From: an uncultured Desulfobacter sp. | GTDB taxonomy: Bacteria; Desulfobacterota; Desulfobacteria; Desulfobacterales; Desulfobacteraceae | NCBI GenBank assembly: GCA_963665095.1 | Contig: OY762069.1 | Location: 6,048,001 to 6,112,000 of the forward strand | Length of the DNA stretch: 64,000 bases | Direction: 5' to 3' | Shown: piece by piece, positions 29,070-38,985 of the stretch | How positions within the stretch are numbered: the first letter of the stretch is position 1 | Layout of the letters: each line of letters begins with the position of its first letter | Notes under the pieces: generated by a model | The model's input: the letters and a program-made list of their open reading frames with translations, nothing else | The model's database searches: none | What the model was told of the DNA's origin: nothing | Program-made: the position numbers and the translations under genes

Positions 29070-29948
29070 ATGCGCTGGAGCATAAAACAACGAATTGAAT
29101 TTATAGAAACTCGATTATACTGGGAAGGCAAAATCAGCAGAAAAGACCTTACCAACTACTTTGACATTTCTATTCCCCAAGCAACTAAAGACATTAAAGC
29201 CTATATTGAAGAGGCCCCTGGTAATATCCGCTATGACAACAAGGCGAAACAATACGTTGCCACAGAAGAATTCCAACCAATCCTGATTCCTGCGGACAGT
29301 GAATCTTATCTGAAAAGGCTGTTGACAAGTGATGTGGAACAAGGTGATTTTTTCTGCGGTAATATGCCTTCATTTTATAGCGCCCCATGTATTCAACGAA
29401 AAATTGATCCTCAAGTACTTAAATATATTTTAAGAAACATAGAAGACGGTAACGCAGTTTATATTGAATATCAGTCCATGAGTGGACCAGGACCGGGCTG
29501 GAGATGGATTACCCCTCATGCCATTGGGTTTGATGGGTTTAGATGGCATACCAGGGCATTTTGCCACAATGATCGAAAATTTAAAGATTTTAATCTTGGA
29601 AGAATCTATAAAACCAGGGAATCCAAGCCTCATACCATAGACGTTTCCATTGATTTCGAATGGGTTACTGATATTACTTTTAATATCGAACCCCATCCGG
29701 ACCTTACCAGGGAACAAAGAAAAGGCATTGAACATGATTACGGGATGACCAACGGTTTTCTTGAATTCGAAGTCAGAGGTGCCTTTGTTTTCTATATGCT
29801 TAAAAGGCTAAATCTTGGACCGGGCCACGAACTAAACGCCCCCATTCAGCAGCAGATAGTCCTTAAAAACTTTGAACAAATTGAAAATCAACGGCAAATG
29901 CTTGAAAAAATGTCGGCAAACAAAATTGAAGAAACCATACCAAGGTGA
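29070..29948 (+). CDS. capW: wHTH-WYL transcriptional regulator (CapW/BrdR-like)
   Basis: RIEFIETRLYWEGKISRKDL, IEYQSM, ITPHA..FDGFRWHTRAFC..FKDFNLGRI; divergent from CBASS. Confidence 0.88.
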   Translation: MRWSIKQRIEFIETRLYWEGKISRKDLTNYFDISIPQATKDIKAYIEEAPGNIRYDNKAKQYVATEEFQPILIPADSESYLKRLLTSDVEQGDFFCGNMPSFYSAPCIQRKIDPQVLKYILRNIEDGNAVYIEYQSMSGPGPGWRWITPHAIGFDGFRWHTRAFCHNDRKFKDFNLGRIYKTRESKPHTIDVSIDFEWVTDITFNIEPHPDLTREQRKGIEHDYGMTNGFLEFEVRGAFVFYMLKRLNLGPGHELNAPIQQQIVLKNFEQIENQRQMLEKMSANKIEETIPR

Positions 29949-30005
29949 TAATAAAGGCATATCTAACAAATTTTCATAATCGGAGCTGTTAATAAGGAAT
30001 TGTCA

Positions 30006-33000
30006 ATGAAAACCATTCAAAGTGCATGTGAATTAGATCCCAAAGCCCTGGATATCAATGTTGGGGATCAGATTGAAAAGCTGGATGAAGTGATCAGCGA
30101 TACCGACGGCCGGGAATATTTTAAGAAAACCTTTATTACCGAGGGTATGAAAGTACTGCTGACAAAAGGAATGGCCAGATTGGCCGGAAAATCAGCAGAT
30201 TCCATTTTCCATCTCAAGCAGGCCATGGGCGGTGGTAAAACCCATTTAATGGTTGGCTTTGGGCTTCTGGCAAAGGATGCGGACCTTCGAAACGCGCTCA
30301 TCGGCACCATGCCTTATCAGGGGGACTTTTCTGCTGCAAAAGTAGCCGCGTTTAACGGTCGTAACAATCCGGGGAACTATTTTTGGGGGGAACTGGCAAG
30401 GCAGCTGGAAAAAGAGATATTATTTAAAGAGTATTGGGAGTCCGGAGCCAAAGCCCCTGATGAACAGGCCTGGCTTTCGTTGTTTGAAGGGGATGAGCCG
30501 GTCCTTATTTTAATGGATGAAATGCCTCCCTATTTTCATTATTACGCCACCCAGAGTTTAGGTCAGGGTACAGTGGCGGATGTTGCCACCCGTGCATTTT
30601 CCAACATGCTGACCGCTGCCCAGAAAAAGAAAAACGTCTGCATTGTGGTTTCGGACCTTGAGGCCGCCTATGATACCGGCGGGAAACTGATTCAGCGTGC
30701 GTTGAATGACGCTTCCCAGGAACTGGGCCGGGCAGAAATCAGTATTACACCTGTCAACCTTGAATCCAATGAAATTTACGAAATATTGCGGAAACGGTTA
30801 TTTGTAAGCCTGCCGGACAAAAGTGAAATCAGTGAAATTGCCGCAGCCTACGGTGATAGACTTGCCGAAGCAGCCAAGGCAAAAACCGTTGAGCGAAGCG
30901 CCGAGGCCCTGGCCCAGGAAATAGAGTCCACTTATCCTTTTCATCCCAGCTTTAAAAGCATTGTGGCTCTATTTAAAGAAAACGAAAAATTCAAGCAGAC
31001 CCGGGGCCTTATGGAGTTGGTGTCCCGGCTTCTTAAATCGGTATGGGAAAGCAAAGAAGATGTCTATCTCATGGGGGCACAGCATTTTGACCTTTCTATC
31101 CACGAAGTCCGGGAAAAACTGGCTGAAATTTCATCCATGCGGGATGTCATTGCCAAAGATCTTTGGAACTCATCGGACAGTGCCCATGCCCAGGTCATTG
31201 ACATAAACGCCGGTAACAATTATGCCAAACAGGCAGGAACTCTGCTGCTTTTGGCAAGCCTTTCCACTGCTGTTAATTCAGTAAAAGGGCTGACGGAAAT
31301 GGAAATGCTTGAATGTCTCATAGATCCCTTGCATCAGGCTGGGGTCTATCGGGCGGCGTTTGAACAACTGCAAAAAGATGCCTGGTATCTGCATCAAACC
31401 CAGGAAGGCAGAAACTATTTTGACCACCAGGAAAATCTGACCAAAAAACTTCGGGGATATGCGGACAGGGCGCCCCAACCTAAAGTGGATGAATTGATCT
31501 GTCATCGCTTAAATGAGATGTATAAACCCACCACCAAAGAAGCCTATGAAAAGATTTTGCCCCTGCCGGAGATGGATGATGCCCAGGCCGCGTTGAAATC
31601 TTCCAGAACACTGCTCATTATCAACCCGGACGGAAAAACCCCGCCTGGCGTCGTGACAAAATTTTTTGAAGAACTGGTTAATAAAAATAATGTACTGATC
31701 CTCACCGGAGACAAAAGCTCCATGGCGGATGTGGATAAAGCCGCCCGTCATTTCTATGCGGCCCAAAAGGCGGATAATGAAATTTCAGCTTCCCATCCCC
31801 AGCGCAAGGAGCTGGATGAAAAAAAGGCCAATTATGAGCAGGATTTCCAAGCCACCATCCTGTCCGTATTTGATAAACTGTTTTTCCCCAGTAACAAAGC
31901 AGGTGAAGACCTCTTACGGCACAAGGCCCTGGATCTTTCATACCCCTCAGGGGAACCGTTTAACGGGGAGCGGCAGATTATTAAAACATTAACCGCAGAT
32001 CCCATCAAACTGTACACCCAGGTGGCAGACAATTTTGATGCACTCAGGGCAAGAGCGGAGTCCCTTTTGTTTGGTTCCCAGGATGAAATGCGAAAAATTG
32101 ATCTTCTGGATAAAATGAAGCAGAACACCCGGATGCCTTGGCTTCCGGTGAAAGGCTTTGATTCGCTTGCGCTGGAAGCCTTCCAGCGGGGTTTCTGGGA
32201 AGATTTAGGCAACGGCTATTATACAAAGTCCCCCAAACCCAAGACCACGGAAGTGATCATCACCGAGGATGGTGCCCCGGATGACGAGGGCAAAGTTCGC
32301 TTAAAAGTAGACAGTGTCAATGCAGGAAGCACGCCTAAAATCTATTATGAAGAGGATGGAGACGTCAGCGAATCAAGTCCCCAACTAAAAGAAAACATCC
32401 TGGTAACCCAGGCGTTGCGGGTGCAGTTCCTGGCCGTTGATCCCACCGGGAAAAATCAGACCGGAGATCCAACCACCTGGACCAACCGTCTTGTCATTCG
32501 AAACAAATTCAATCCGGCATCCCGGACCCTTGAGCTGTTTGTTGCCCCCAAAGGGACTATTCGCTACACACTTGACGGCTCTGAACCCAGAAACGGTACC
32601 GATTATACAGACCCGATTCAACTGGTGAATGAAGAGATAAAGGTTTATGTTTTTGCCGAGTGTGACGGACTGGATGTTAAAAAAGAGTTTACCCTTCCCG
32701 GTGCAGATAACAAGGACGTTCCCATCAAACCCGATGTACCTGCCACTCTGCACAGCCCGTCGCCCAAACGTCTGGACAACTCAACCAAAGCTTATAAAGG
32801 GCTGAAAACGGCCAAAGACAAAGATATTTTTTTTGAGCAGGTAACTCTCCAGGTCGGGTCTGCACCCAAGGCCGCTTTTTTAACACTGGGTGAAATGAAG
32901 CTTAGTGCGGAGTTCATAGAAAAAGAGTTGAACCATCTTCAATCTTTGCTGTCACCGGAAGCACCGGTTGTTTTTTCCTTTAAAAAGGCACATTTTTCTT

Positions 33001-33071
33001 CCGGGTTTGACCTGGAACAATTTGCAAAAACACTGGAGATTGAAATCCAGCCAGGAGAAGTTGAGCAGTAA
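30006..33071 (+). CDS. DUF499 AAA ATPase of restriction-like anti-phage system
   Basis: LKQAMGGGKTH, ILMDE, YPFHP, FKQTRG; C-terminal Fn3-like IRYTLDGSEP; start 30000 (TTG) or 30006. Confidence 0.9.
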   Translation: MKTIQSACELDPKALDINVGDQIEKLDEVISDTDGREYFKKTFITEGMKVLLTKGMARLAGKSADSIFHLKQAMGGGKTHLMVGFGLLAKDADLRNALIGTMPYQGDFSAAKVAAFNGRNNPGNYFWGELARQLEKEILFKEYWESGAKAPDEQAWLSLFEGDEPVLILMDEMPPYFHYYATQSLGQGTVADVATRAFSNMLTAAQKKKNVCIVVSDLEAAYDTGGKLIQRALNDASQELGRAEISITPVNLESNEIYEILRKRLFVSLPDKSEISEIAAAYGDRLAEAAKAKTVERSAEALAQEIESTYPFHPSFKSIVALFKENEKFKQTRGLMELVSRLLKSVWESKEDVYLMGAQHFDLSIHEVREKLAEISSMRDVIAKDLWNSSDSAHAQVIDINAGNNYAKQAGTLLLLASLSTAVNSVKGLTEMEMLECLIDPLHQAGVYRAAFEQLQKDAWYLHQTQEGRNYFDHQENLTKKLRGYADRAPQPKVDELICHRLNEMYKPTTKEAYEKILPLPEMDDAQAALKSSRTLLIINPDGKTPPGVVTKFFEELVNKNNVLILTGDKSSMADVDKAARHFYAAQKADNEISASHPQRKELDEKKANYEQDFQATILSVFDKLFFPSNKAGEDLLRHKALDLSYPSGEPFNGERQIIKTLTADPIKLYTQVADNFDALRARAESLLFGSQDEMRKIDLLDKMKQNTRMPWLPVKGFDSLALEAFQRGFWEDLGNGYYTKSPKPKTTEVIITEDGAPDDEGKVRLKVDSVNAGSTPKIYYEEDGDVSESSPQLKENILVTQALRVQFLAVDPTGKNQTGDPTTWTNRLVIRNKFNPASRTLELFVAPKGTIRYTLDGSEPRNGTDYTDPIQLVNEEIKVYVFAECDGLDVKKEFTLPGADNKDVPIKPDVPATLHSPSPKRLDNSTKAYKGLKTAKDKDIFFEQVTLQVGSAPKAAFLTLGEMKLSAEFIEKELNHLQSLLSPEAPVVFSFKKAHFSSGFDLEQFAKTLEIEIQPGEVEQ

Positions 33072-33661
33072 TGGAAGAGACAACAGACTTTGGTGCCCCT
33101 GTTAAATTCGGTGTCCACCATTTTTATGTGGAGATCCCCCCGGGAAGCCGGGCTGCTGTCCGTATCTATGAAGATTACGGGTTCGATGGGGAGGAATCGG
33201 TTCGGGAAACCCATGTTTGCCGGGTGAATCTGGCCCGGGAGTTGTGGACCCGGATTCGGGATGATGCCCGACGGGATTTTAACACCAGGCTAAAGGCAAA
33301 AAAACGTAAGACCGGTTCCTGGAACGTGGGTAAAGTATTGTTGGATCGTTTTTTAGGCCGTGAGCTGTGCGTCCTGGCATGGGCCGCAGAACTGGCATCA
33401 CCGGATCAATGCGCAATTATTTGTCAAAAGTGGCTGGCATTAAGACCTGAGGAACGGTGGTGGCTCTTCAGCAAAACCGCATCGGAAGCAGGGCTTGAGG
33501 ACCAGGCAAACCGGGGATGGAGAAAGGCCCTTTATTGCGCCCTGTCCGACGGCACCAATGTCCGGGTTGCCCCTAAAAAGAGTCCTGCCGTGTTAAAAAA
33601 AAAGTCCCGGAACGAGTGTGAACTCTCTTTGTTCGAAAATATTGAAAGCGGAGATATATAA
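33071..33661 (+). CDS. DUF3780 protein
   Basis: LDRFLGRELCVLAWA, WLALRPEERWWL, GWRKAL. Confidence 0.88.
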   Translation: MEETTDFGAPVKFGVHHFYVEIPPGSRAAVRIYEDYGFDGEESVRETHVCRVNLARELWTRIRDDARRDFNTRLKAKKRKTGSWNVGKVLLDRFLGRELCVLAWAAELASPDQCAIICQKWLALRPEERWWLFSKTASEAGLEDQANRGWRKALYCALSDGTNVRVAPKKSPAVLKKKSRNECELSLFENIESGDI

Positions 33662-36600
33662 TGGCCTTAAGCCCGTTTGAATGGAAAGATAAACCGGCAT
33701 TAATTGAGTACCTGTTTCCAGTGCAGAAAATTTCTGCTGAGAGTTTTAAAGAGCAGATGGCAGGGGCCGGCAAAACCCTAACCGCGCTTGGCAGTTATTG
33801 GAAAGGCCGCAAACCTTTAATTTTAAACAAAGCCTGTATTTTGGGGGCGCTTCTTCCTATTTCAGACGATCTCCTAAAAGATCTTGAAATTTTTGAGCTA
33901 CTGATGGGGATGGATGCAGAATCCTTGGCTGTGCGCCATGGACGGATTAAACCCGCCGATGTTGCCCGCCGCCTGAAGGGACTTCAAACGGGAAACTGGT
34001 TCAGCTCACCAGATCCCGTTGACCATCTTCCGGATCAGACGCCTTTTGATATTGAAGACTATCCGGTCGAGGTGGAGTTGTTTGGAAAGAAAAAAACAGT
34101 CATACCGCGTTTATTATGGGCAGATTCCGTTCCAAACGAAGAGTGTTTACGGATAGAGGCAAAGGCTCTGCCCTATAAGAGCTACAAAGACAATGTCTCC
34201 GAAGCAAAGCGGTCGGAAGAGTTAGGGGATCAAGTCCACGCTCATATCTGGAGACGGGTAAATCAGCACCTTGGCACCTCAGCGTCCTCTTTTCCCAAGT
34301 TAATAGAGGAGATAGGTAGTGCCCGTTTCGGCAGACGCCCGAAAGTAGCAGATATTTTTTGCGGATCTGGTCAAATCCCCTTTGAAGCCGCCAGATTAGG
34401 GTGTGATGTGTACGCATCCGATCTTAACCCCATTGCCTGTTTACTCACATGGGGTGCTTTTAATATCGTAGGAGCCTGTAAGGAAAAAAGGAAAGAAATT
34501 GACATTGCTCAAAAAGAACTTGCTCAAAAAGTAAGGAAAGAAATTGATGATTTAGGTGTTGAAATTGATAGCAATGGTTGGCGCGCCAAAATTTTTATTT
34601 ATTGTATGGAAGTGATCTGCCCCGAAAGCGGTTGGAAAGTACCAATTTTACCTACTAGAATCATAAGTAAATCCAGTAAAGTCATCGCTACCCTAATCCC
34701 TCAACCTAACGAAAAACGCTATAAAATTGAAATTCGTCATGCTACTACAGAAGAGGAAATGAAATTAGCTATAATCGGTACAATTACTCGTGATAACAAA
34801 TATGGTGAAGCACACGTAACCCATCAGATAGGAGGCACGCTTTATCGCACTAAGATATCAACTCTACGAGGTGATTATCAACGACCTGATGGAACCACCG
34901 CTAATCGTTTGAGAATGTGGGAGAAAAGCGATATAAAACCCCGCCAGGATGACATCTTTCAAGAGCGACTTTATTGTATACAATGGATGAGACCTAAAAA
35001 GAAAGGCCGAGCATTTGAGTATGAATTTCGGTCAGTGAACGAGGAAGACATCAAAAGGGAGAACATTGTTGAAAACTATGTCGCTGAACATCTTAACGAA
35101 TGGCAAGAATTTGGGTTCATTCCAGATATGAAAATTGAAGTTGGAGGACCGCCACGCTACCAAGGCAAAGATCTAATAAAATCTAGAGGGTGGACTCATT
35201 GGAATCACATTTTTAATCCACGGCAGTTGTTAGTCGGAGGGATAGCAAAAAAATATAGTTCAGCAATAGTCTATCCAAGTATAGCGAGAATACTTAATGT
35301 AAATTCGAAATTAAGCAGATGGCATAGTGCAAGAAACTATGTAACTGAAACATTTGACAATCAAGCCTTGAATACTATTTATAACTACGGTACACGAAGT
35401 GCTTTTTATTCACTTGAATTATTAGGTAATAGAAAGAATACATATGAAGTTACTACGCAATACACAATAAACTCCCATCCCGCGCAATCTTTAGATATTA
35501 TAAGCGATTTATTTATTACAGACCCCCCTTATGGTGATGCCGTCAAATATGAAGAGATTACTGATTTCTTCATTGCCTGGCTAAGAAAAAATCCCCCGGA
35601 AGAATTCTCCCACTGGACCTGGGACAGCAGGCGTTCTCTGGCCATCAAAGGAGAAGATGAAGGCTTTCGCAGGGGCATGATTGCAGCTTACCGTAAAACC
35701 GCTGAGATGATGCCGGACAATGGCATCCAGGTTCTGATGTTCACCCATCAAAGTGGAGCCATCTGGGCGGACATGGCCAATATCATCTGGGCAGCAGGTC
35801 TCCAGGTTACGGCAGCCTGGTATGTGGTTACAGAAACGGATTCAGCCTTGCGTCAGGGCGCCAACGTCAAAGGCACCATCATCCTGATTTTACGCAAACG
35901 GCATGAAATTAAGGAAACCTTCCGGGATGACCTGGGCTGGGATATCGAAGAGGCAGTCAAAGAACAGGTGGAATCATTGGTGGGCCTGGATCAATCAGTC
36001 AGGGCCACAGGGGCCGAAGGGCTGTACACTGATGCCGACCTTCAAATGGCGGGATATGCAGCGGCATTGAAAGTGCTGACAGCCTATTCCATAATCGACG
36101 GGAAAGATATGGTAACAGAGGCCGAAGCCCCACGGGTGCCGGGAAAAAAGACCTTTGTGGATGATCTCATTGAATTTGCCGTACAGACAGCGGTTCAGTT
36201 TCTGGTGCCCACGGGGTTTGAAGCCGGTGTGTGGAGAAACCTTCAGCCTGTTGAACGGTTTTACCTTAAAATGGCCGATGTCGAGTTCCAGGGAGGCAAA
36301 ACCCTGGACAATTATCAAAACTTTGCCAAGGCATTCAAGGTGGTTCATTTTGATCAGGTGATGAGTGATGCGTCCAGGGCCAATGCAGCGCGGCTCAAGC
36401 TCTCCTCGGAATTTAAAGGCACCTTGATGTCCGGCGATGCTGAAATCGCCGGAACCCCTTTGCGTGCTGTTCTTTTCGGGCTTTATGAAATCAATCGGGA
36501 CATTGACATTGAAGAGGTTTTGGCCCATCTAATGGAAGTTTGCCCCAATTATATGGCCAATAAGGCCTTGCTTTCCACCATGGCAGATTATCTGGCCCAG

Positions 36601-36699
36601 AAACGCCAGAGCCTGAAAACAACCAAGAAATTCCGTCCGGATAAAGAAGCTGAAGCCGCCAGAATTCTGGCTGAAGCGATCCGGAATCAAAGGTTATAA
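33661..36699 (+). CDS. DUF1156 DNA adenine methyltransferase
   Basis: LGSYWKGRKPL, DIFCGSGQIPFEA (motif I), ITDPPY (motif IV). Confidence 0.92.
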   Translation: MALSPFEWKDKPALIEYLFPVQKISAESFKEQMAGAGKTLTALGSYWKGRKPLILNKACILGALLPISDDLLKDLEIFELLMGMDAESLAVRHGRIKPADVARRLKGLQTGNWFSSPDPVDHLPDQTPFDIEDYPVEVELFGKKKTVIPRLLWADSVPNEECLRIEAKALPYKSYKDNVSEAKRSEELGDQVHAHIWRRVNQHLGTSASSFPKLIEEIGSARFGRRPKVADIFCGSGQIPFEAARLGCDVYASDLNPIACLLTWGAFNIVGACKEKRKEIDIAQKELAQKVRKEIDDLGVEIDSNGWRAKIFIYCMEVICPESGWKVPILPTRIISKSSKVIATLIPQPNEKRYKIEIRHATTEEEMKLAIIGTITRDNKYGEAHVTHQIGGTLYRTKISTLRGDYQRPDGTTANRLRMWEKSDIKPRQDDIFQERLYCIQWMRPKKKGRAFEYEFRSVNEEDIKRENIVENYVAEHLNEWQEFGFIPDMKIEVGGPPRYQGKDLIKSRGWTHWNHIFNPRQLLVGGIAKKYSSAIVYPSIARILNVNSKLSRWHSARNYVTETFDNQALNTIYNYGTRSAFYSLELLGNRKNTYEVTTQYTINSHPAQSLDIISDLFITDPPYGDAVKYEEITDFFIAWLRKNPPEEFSHWTWDSRRSLAIKGEDEGFRRGMIAAYRKTAEMMPDNGIQVLMFTHQSGAIWADMANIIWAAGLQVTAAWYVVTETDSALRQGANVKGTIILILRKRHEIKETFRDDLGWDIEEAVKEQVESLVGLDQSVRATGAEGLYTDADLQMAGYAAALKVLTAYSIIDGKDMVTEAEAPRVPGKKTFVDDLIEFAVQTAVQFLVPTGFEAGVWRNLQPVERFYLKMADVEFQGGKTLDNYQNFAKAFKVVHFDQVMSDASRANAARLKLSSEFKGTLMSGDAEIAGTPLRAVLFGLYEINRDIDIEEVLAHLMEVCPNYMANKALLSTMADYLAQKRQSLKTTKKFRPDKEAEAARILAEAIRNQRL

Positions 36700-36713
36700 A
36701 AGGAGCCAGCTTA

Positions 36714-37889
36714 ATGCCGGACAATGAACATAAAATTTTTGACGAGTGCATTGAAGAGACCATTGAGATCGAAATATCAGATCTGACCCCTGATCCGGAA
36801 AGTGAGGATGAGGGCATCGAGTTCTTAATGGAAGACCCCTTTAATCCGTCTGAAATTAACATCATCTCCAAGCCGGATTCTTTAAGGAATATCATTGAAC
36901 GGCTCAAGTATGGTGAAATTGACATGAATACGGATTTCCAGCGGCATGCAGAGCTTTGGAACAACCTGAAAATGTCACGTCTCATTGAATCAATTCTTAT
37001 TCGTTTCCCCTTGCCGCCCTTTTATTTTGACGCCTCCAACGATGAAAACTGGCTGATCGTGGATGGCTTGCAGCGTTTATCGGCCATTCGAAAATTTGTG
37101 ATTGAAAAAGACAACAGAAAAAAATTAAGGCTCAGCGGGCTTGAATACCTGGGAAAATTCCAGGGCTATGATTATGAGATGCTGCCAAGAACCTATCAGC
37201 GCCGGATTGACGAGTGCCCCTTGACCCTGTTTTTGATCCAGCCAGGAACACCTGAGACGGTGAAATACTCCATTTTTAAACGGATCAATACCGGCGGGGT
37301 TGTGCTCAATGACCAGGAGATCCGAAACGCCATGACCAAACCCGAGATCCGAAGATTTCTTGAGGATCTCGCGGACGACGAATATCTTAAAAAAACCATA
37401 GGGGACCAGAGCCGCCGCATGGTGGACCAGGAGATGGCGCTTCGATTTCTGGCTTTCCGGTTTCTGGATTATGAAAAAAGTAAAAAAAATATTTCCACCT
37501 TTTTAGATGAAATGATTTATGTGTTACAAAAAGCCGACTCATCGGCACTTGAACAATATAAAGAGGCGTTCAAAACAGCGGTTAAAAGATGCTGGCTGAT
37601 TTTTGGCGAGAGTGCTTTTGAAAAAGTGACAAACGGGCAGTACACCAGGCGAAAACGAAAAAACTCCACCCTTTTTGAAGTATGGACCAATGCCGTGTCC
37701 CTGTTGTCTGAGGCCCAGGCCCAGGCGCTTATTCAATCCAAAGCCAGCCTGATACAAAAACATCTGGACTTAATGGCAAATGACAATGACTATTTTCGGT
37801 CAATCACTTACTCCACCCAGAAAAAGGATCATTTTCGCATTCGCAAAGAGAAGGTGGCCAGAATTATAAAGGAGGTGTTAGATGCTTGA
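36714..37889 (+). CDS. DUF262 (ParB-like) protein, Menshen NsnA-like
   Basis: FQR..W, SRLIESIL, VDGLQRL, IFKRINTGG, QEIRN. Confidence 0.9.
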   Translation: MPDNEHKIFDECIEETIEIEISDLTPDPESEDEGIEFLMEDPFNPSEINIISKPDSLRNIIERLKYGEIDMNTDFQRHAELWNNLKMSRLIESILIRFPLPPFYFDASNDENWLIVDGLQRLSAIRKFVIEKDNRKKLRLSGLEYLGKFQGYDYEMLPRTYQRRIDECPLTLFLIQPGTPETVKYSIFKRINTGGVVLNDQEIRNAMTKPEIRRFLEDLADDEYLKKTIGDQSRRMVDQEMALRFLAFRFLDYEKSKKNISTFLDEMIYVLQKADSSALEQYKEAFKTAVKRCWLIFGESAFEKVTNGQYTRRKRKNSTLFEVWTNAVSLLSEAQAQALIQSKASLIQKHLDLMANDNDYFRSITYSTQKKDHFRIRKEKVARIIKEVLDA

Positions 37890-38985
37890 ATTTATCCGTA
37901 TACAAAGGTTCAAATCGCTGAATGACGCCTCGTTTCCCCTGGCAGGATTAAATCTTTTCAGCGGGTTGAACGGTATGGGCAAATCCTCCCTGATACAGAC
38001 GCTTCTATTGCTTCGGCAGTCCATGGAAAAAAATGCATTAATGGATAAAGGGCTGCTGTTAAAAGGCGAGTACGTGACCCTGGGAACCGGCAAAGATATT
38101 TTAACGGAGAATGTGAACGAAGAAAACATCTGCTTCACATTAACCTTTCAGGGAGCGTCGCCTGTAAATTTTTCGTTTAATTATGCGGCAAACTCAGACC
38201 TGCAGCCCTTGCTCAAAACGCCTGAAGATTTGCCGAAACCTCTACCTGCACTGTTTACAAAAGCATTTCAATACTTATCTGCCGAGCGTATCGGGCCAAA
38301 ATCCGTTTATGATGCATCCGATTATTATATTAAAAGCATGAACTCCATTGGCAATCATGGGGAGTACACGGCCCATTATATTGCTGAATACGGGCTTTCC
38401 AACATACATATAAAGGCATTAAAGCACGACAGGGCCGTTTCCGATTCTCTGTTGGAAAATCTGGATAAATGGATGTCTGAGATATCTCCGGGTATCCGGA
38501 TCAAGGCCCAGCTTCATCCGGCCACCAATTCCGTATTTTTGAACTATGTTTTTGAACAGGGACCGGAAGTTACAGCAGAATTCAAGCCGGAAAATGTCGG
38601 TTTCGGATTGACATTTGTACTGCCTGTCCTGGTTGCCATTCTCAGGGCAGAGCCCGGGGATATGATCATTGTTGAAAACCCGGAAGCCCATCTTCACCCA
38701 GGAGGGCAATCTGTTTTAGGACGGTTGTGCGCCATTGCCGCCGCCAATGGGGCTCAGTTGTTCATCGAGACCCACTCGGATCATTTCCTTAACGGTGTCA
38801 GGGTGGCCGTAAAAGAAGGAGATATAGCCAGTTTCGAGGTAAATCTGTTTTATCTGGAGCGCAATGACGCATCCATCCATGAATCCCTCGTTGTTACGCC
38901 GCAGATTGATGACCAGGGCAGGATCGATATCTGGCCAAGGGGATTTTTTGATGAAGCAGACATACAGCTGGAGAAGCTTTTATGA
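37882..38985 (+). CDS. ABC/AAA ATPase with DUF3696-like C-terminus, Menshen NsnB-like
   Basis: GLNGMGKS, VGFGLT, ENPEAHLHP, ETHSDH, WPRGFFD. Confidence 0.9.
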   Translation: MLEFIRIQRFKSLNDASFPLAGLNLFSGLNGMGKSSLIQTLLLLRQSMEKNALMDKGLLLKGEYVTLGTGKDILTENVNEENICFTLTFQGASPVNFSFNYAANSDLQPLLKTPEDLPKPLPALFTKAFQYLSAERIGPKSVYDASDYYIKSMNSIGNHGEYTAHYIAEYGLSNIHIKALKHDRAVSDSLLENLDKWMSEISPGIRIKAQLHPATNSVFLNYVFEQGPEVTAEFKPENVGFGLTFVLPVLVAILRAEPGDMIIVENPEAHLHPGGQSVLGRLCAIAAANGAQLFIETHSDHFLNGVRVAVKEGDIASFEVNLFYLERNDASIHESLVVTPQIDDQGRIDIWPRGFFDEADIQLEKLL

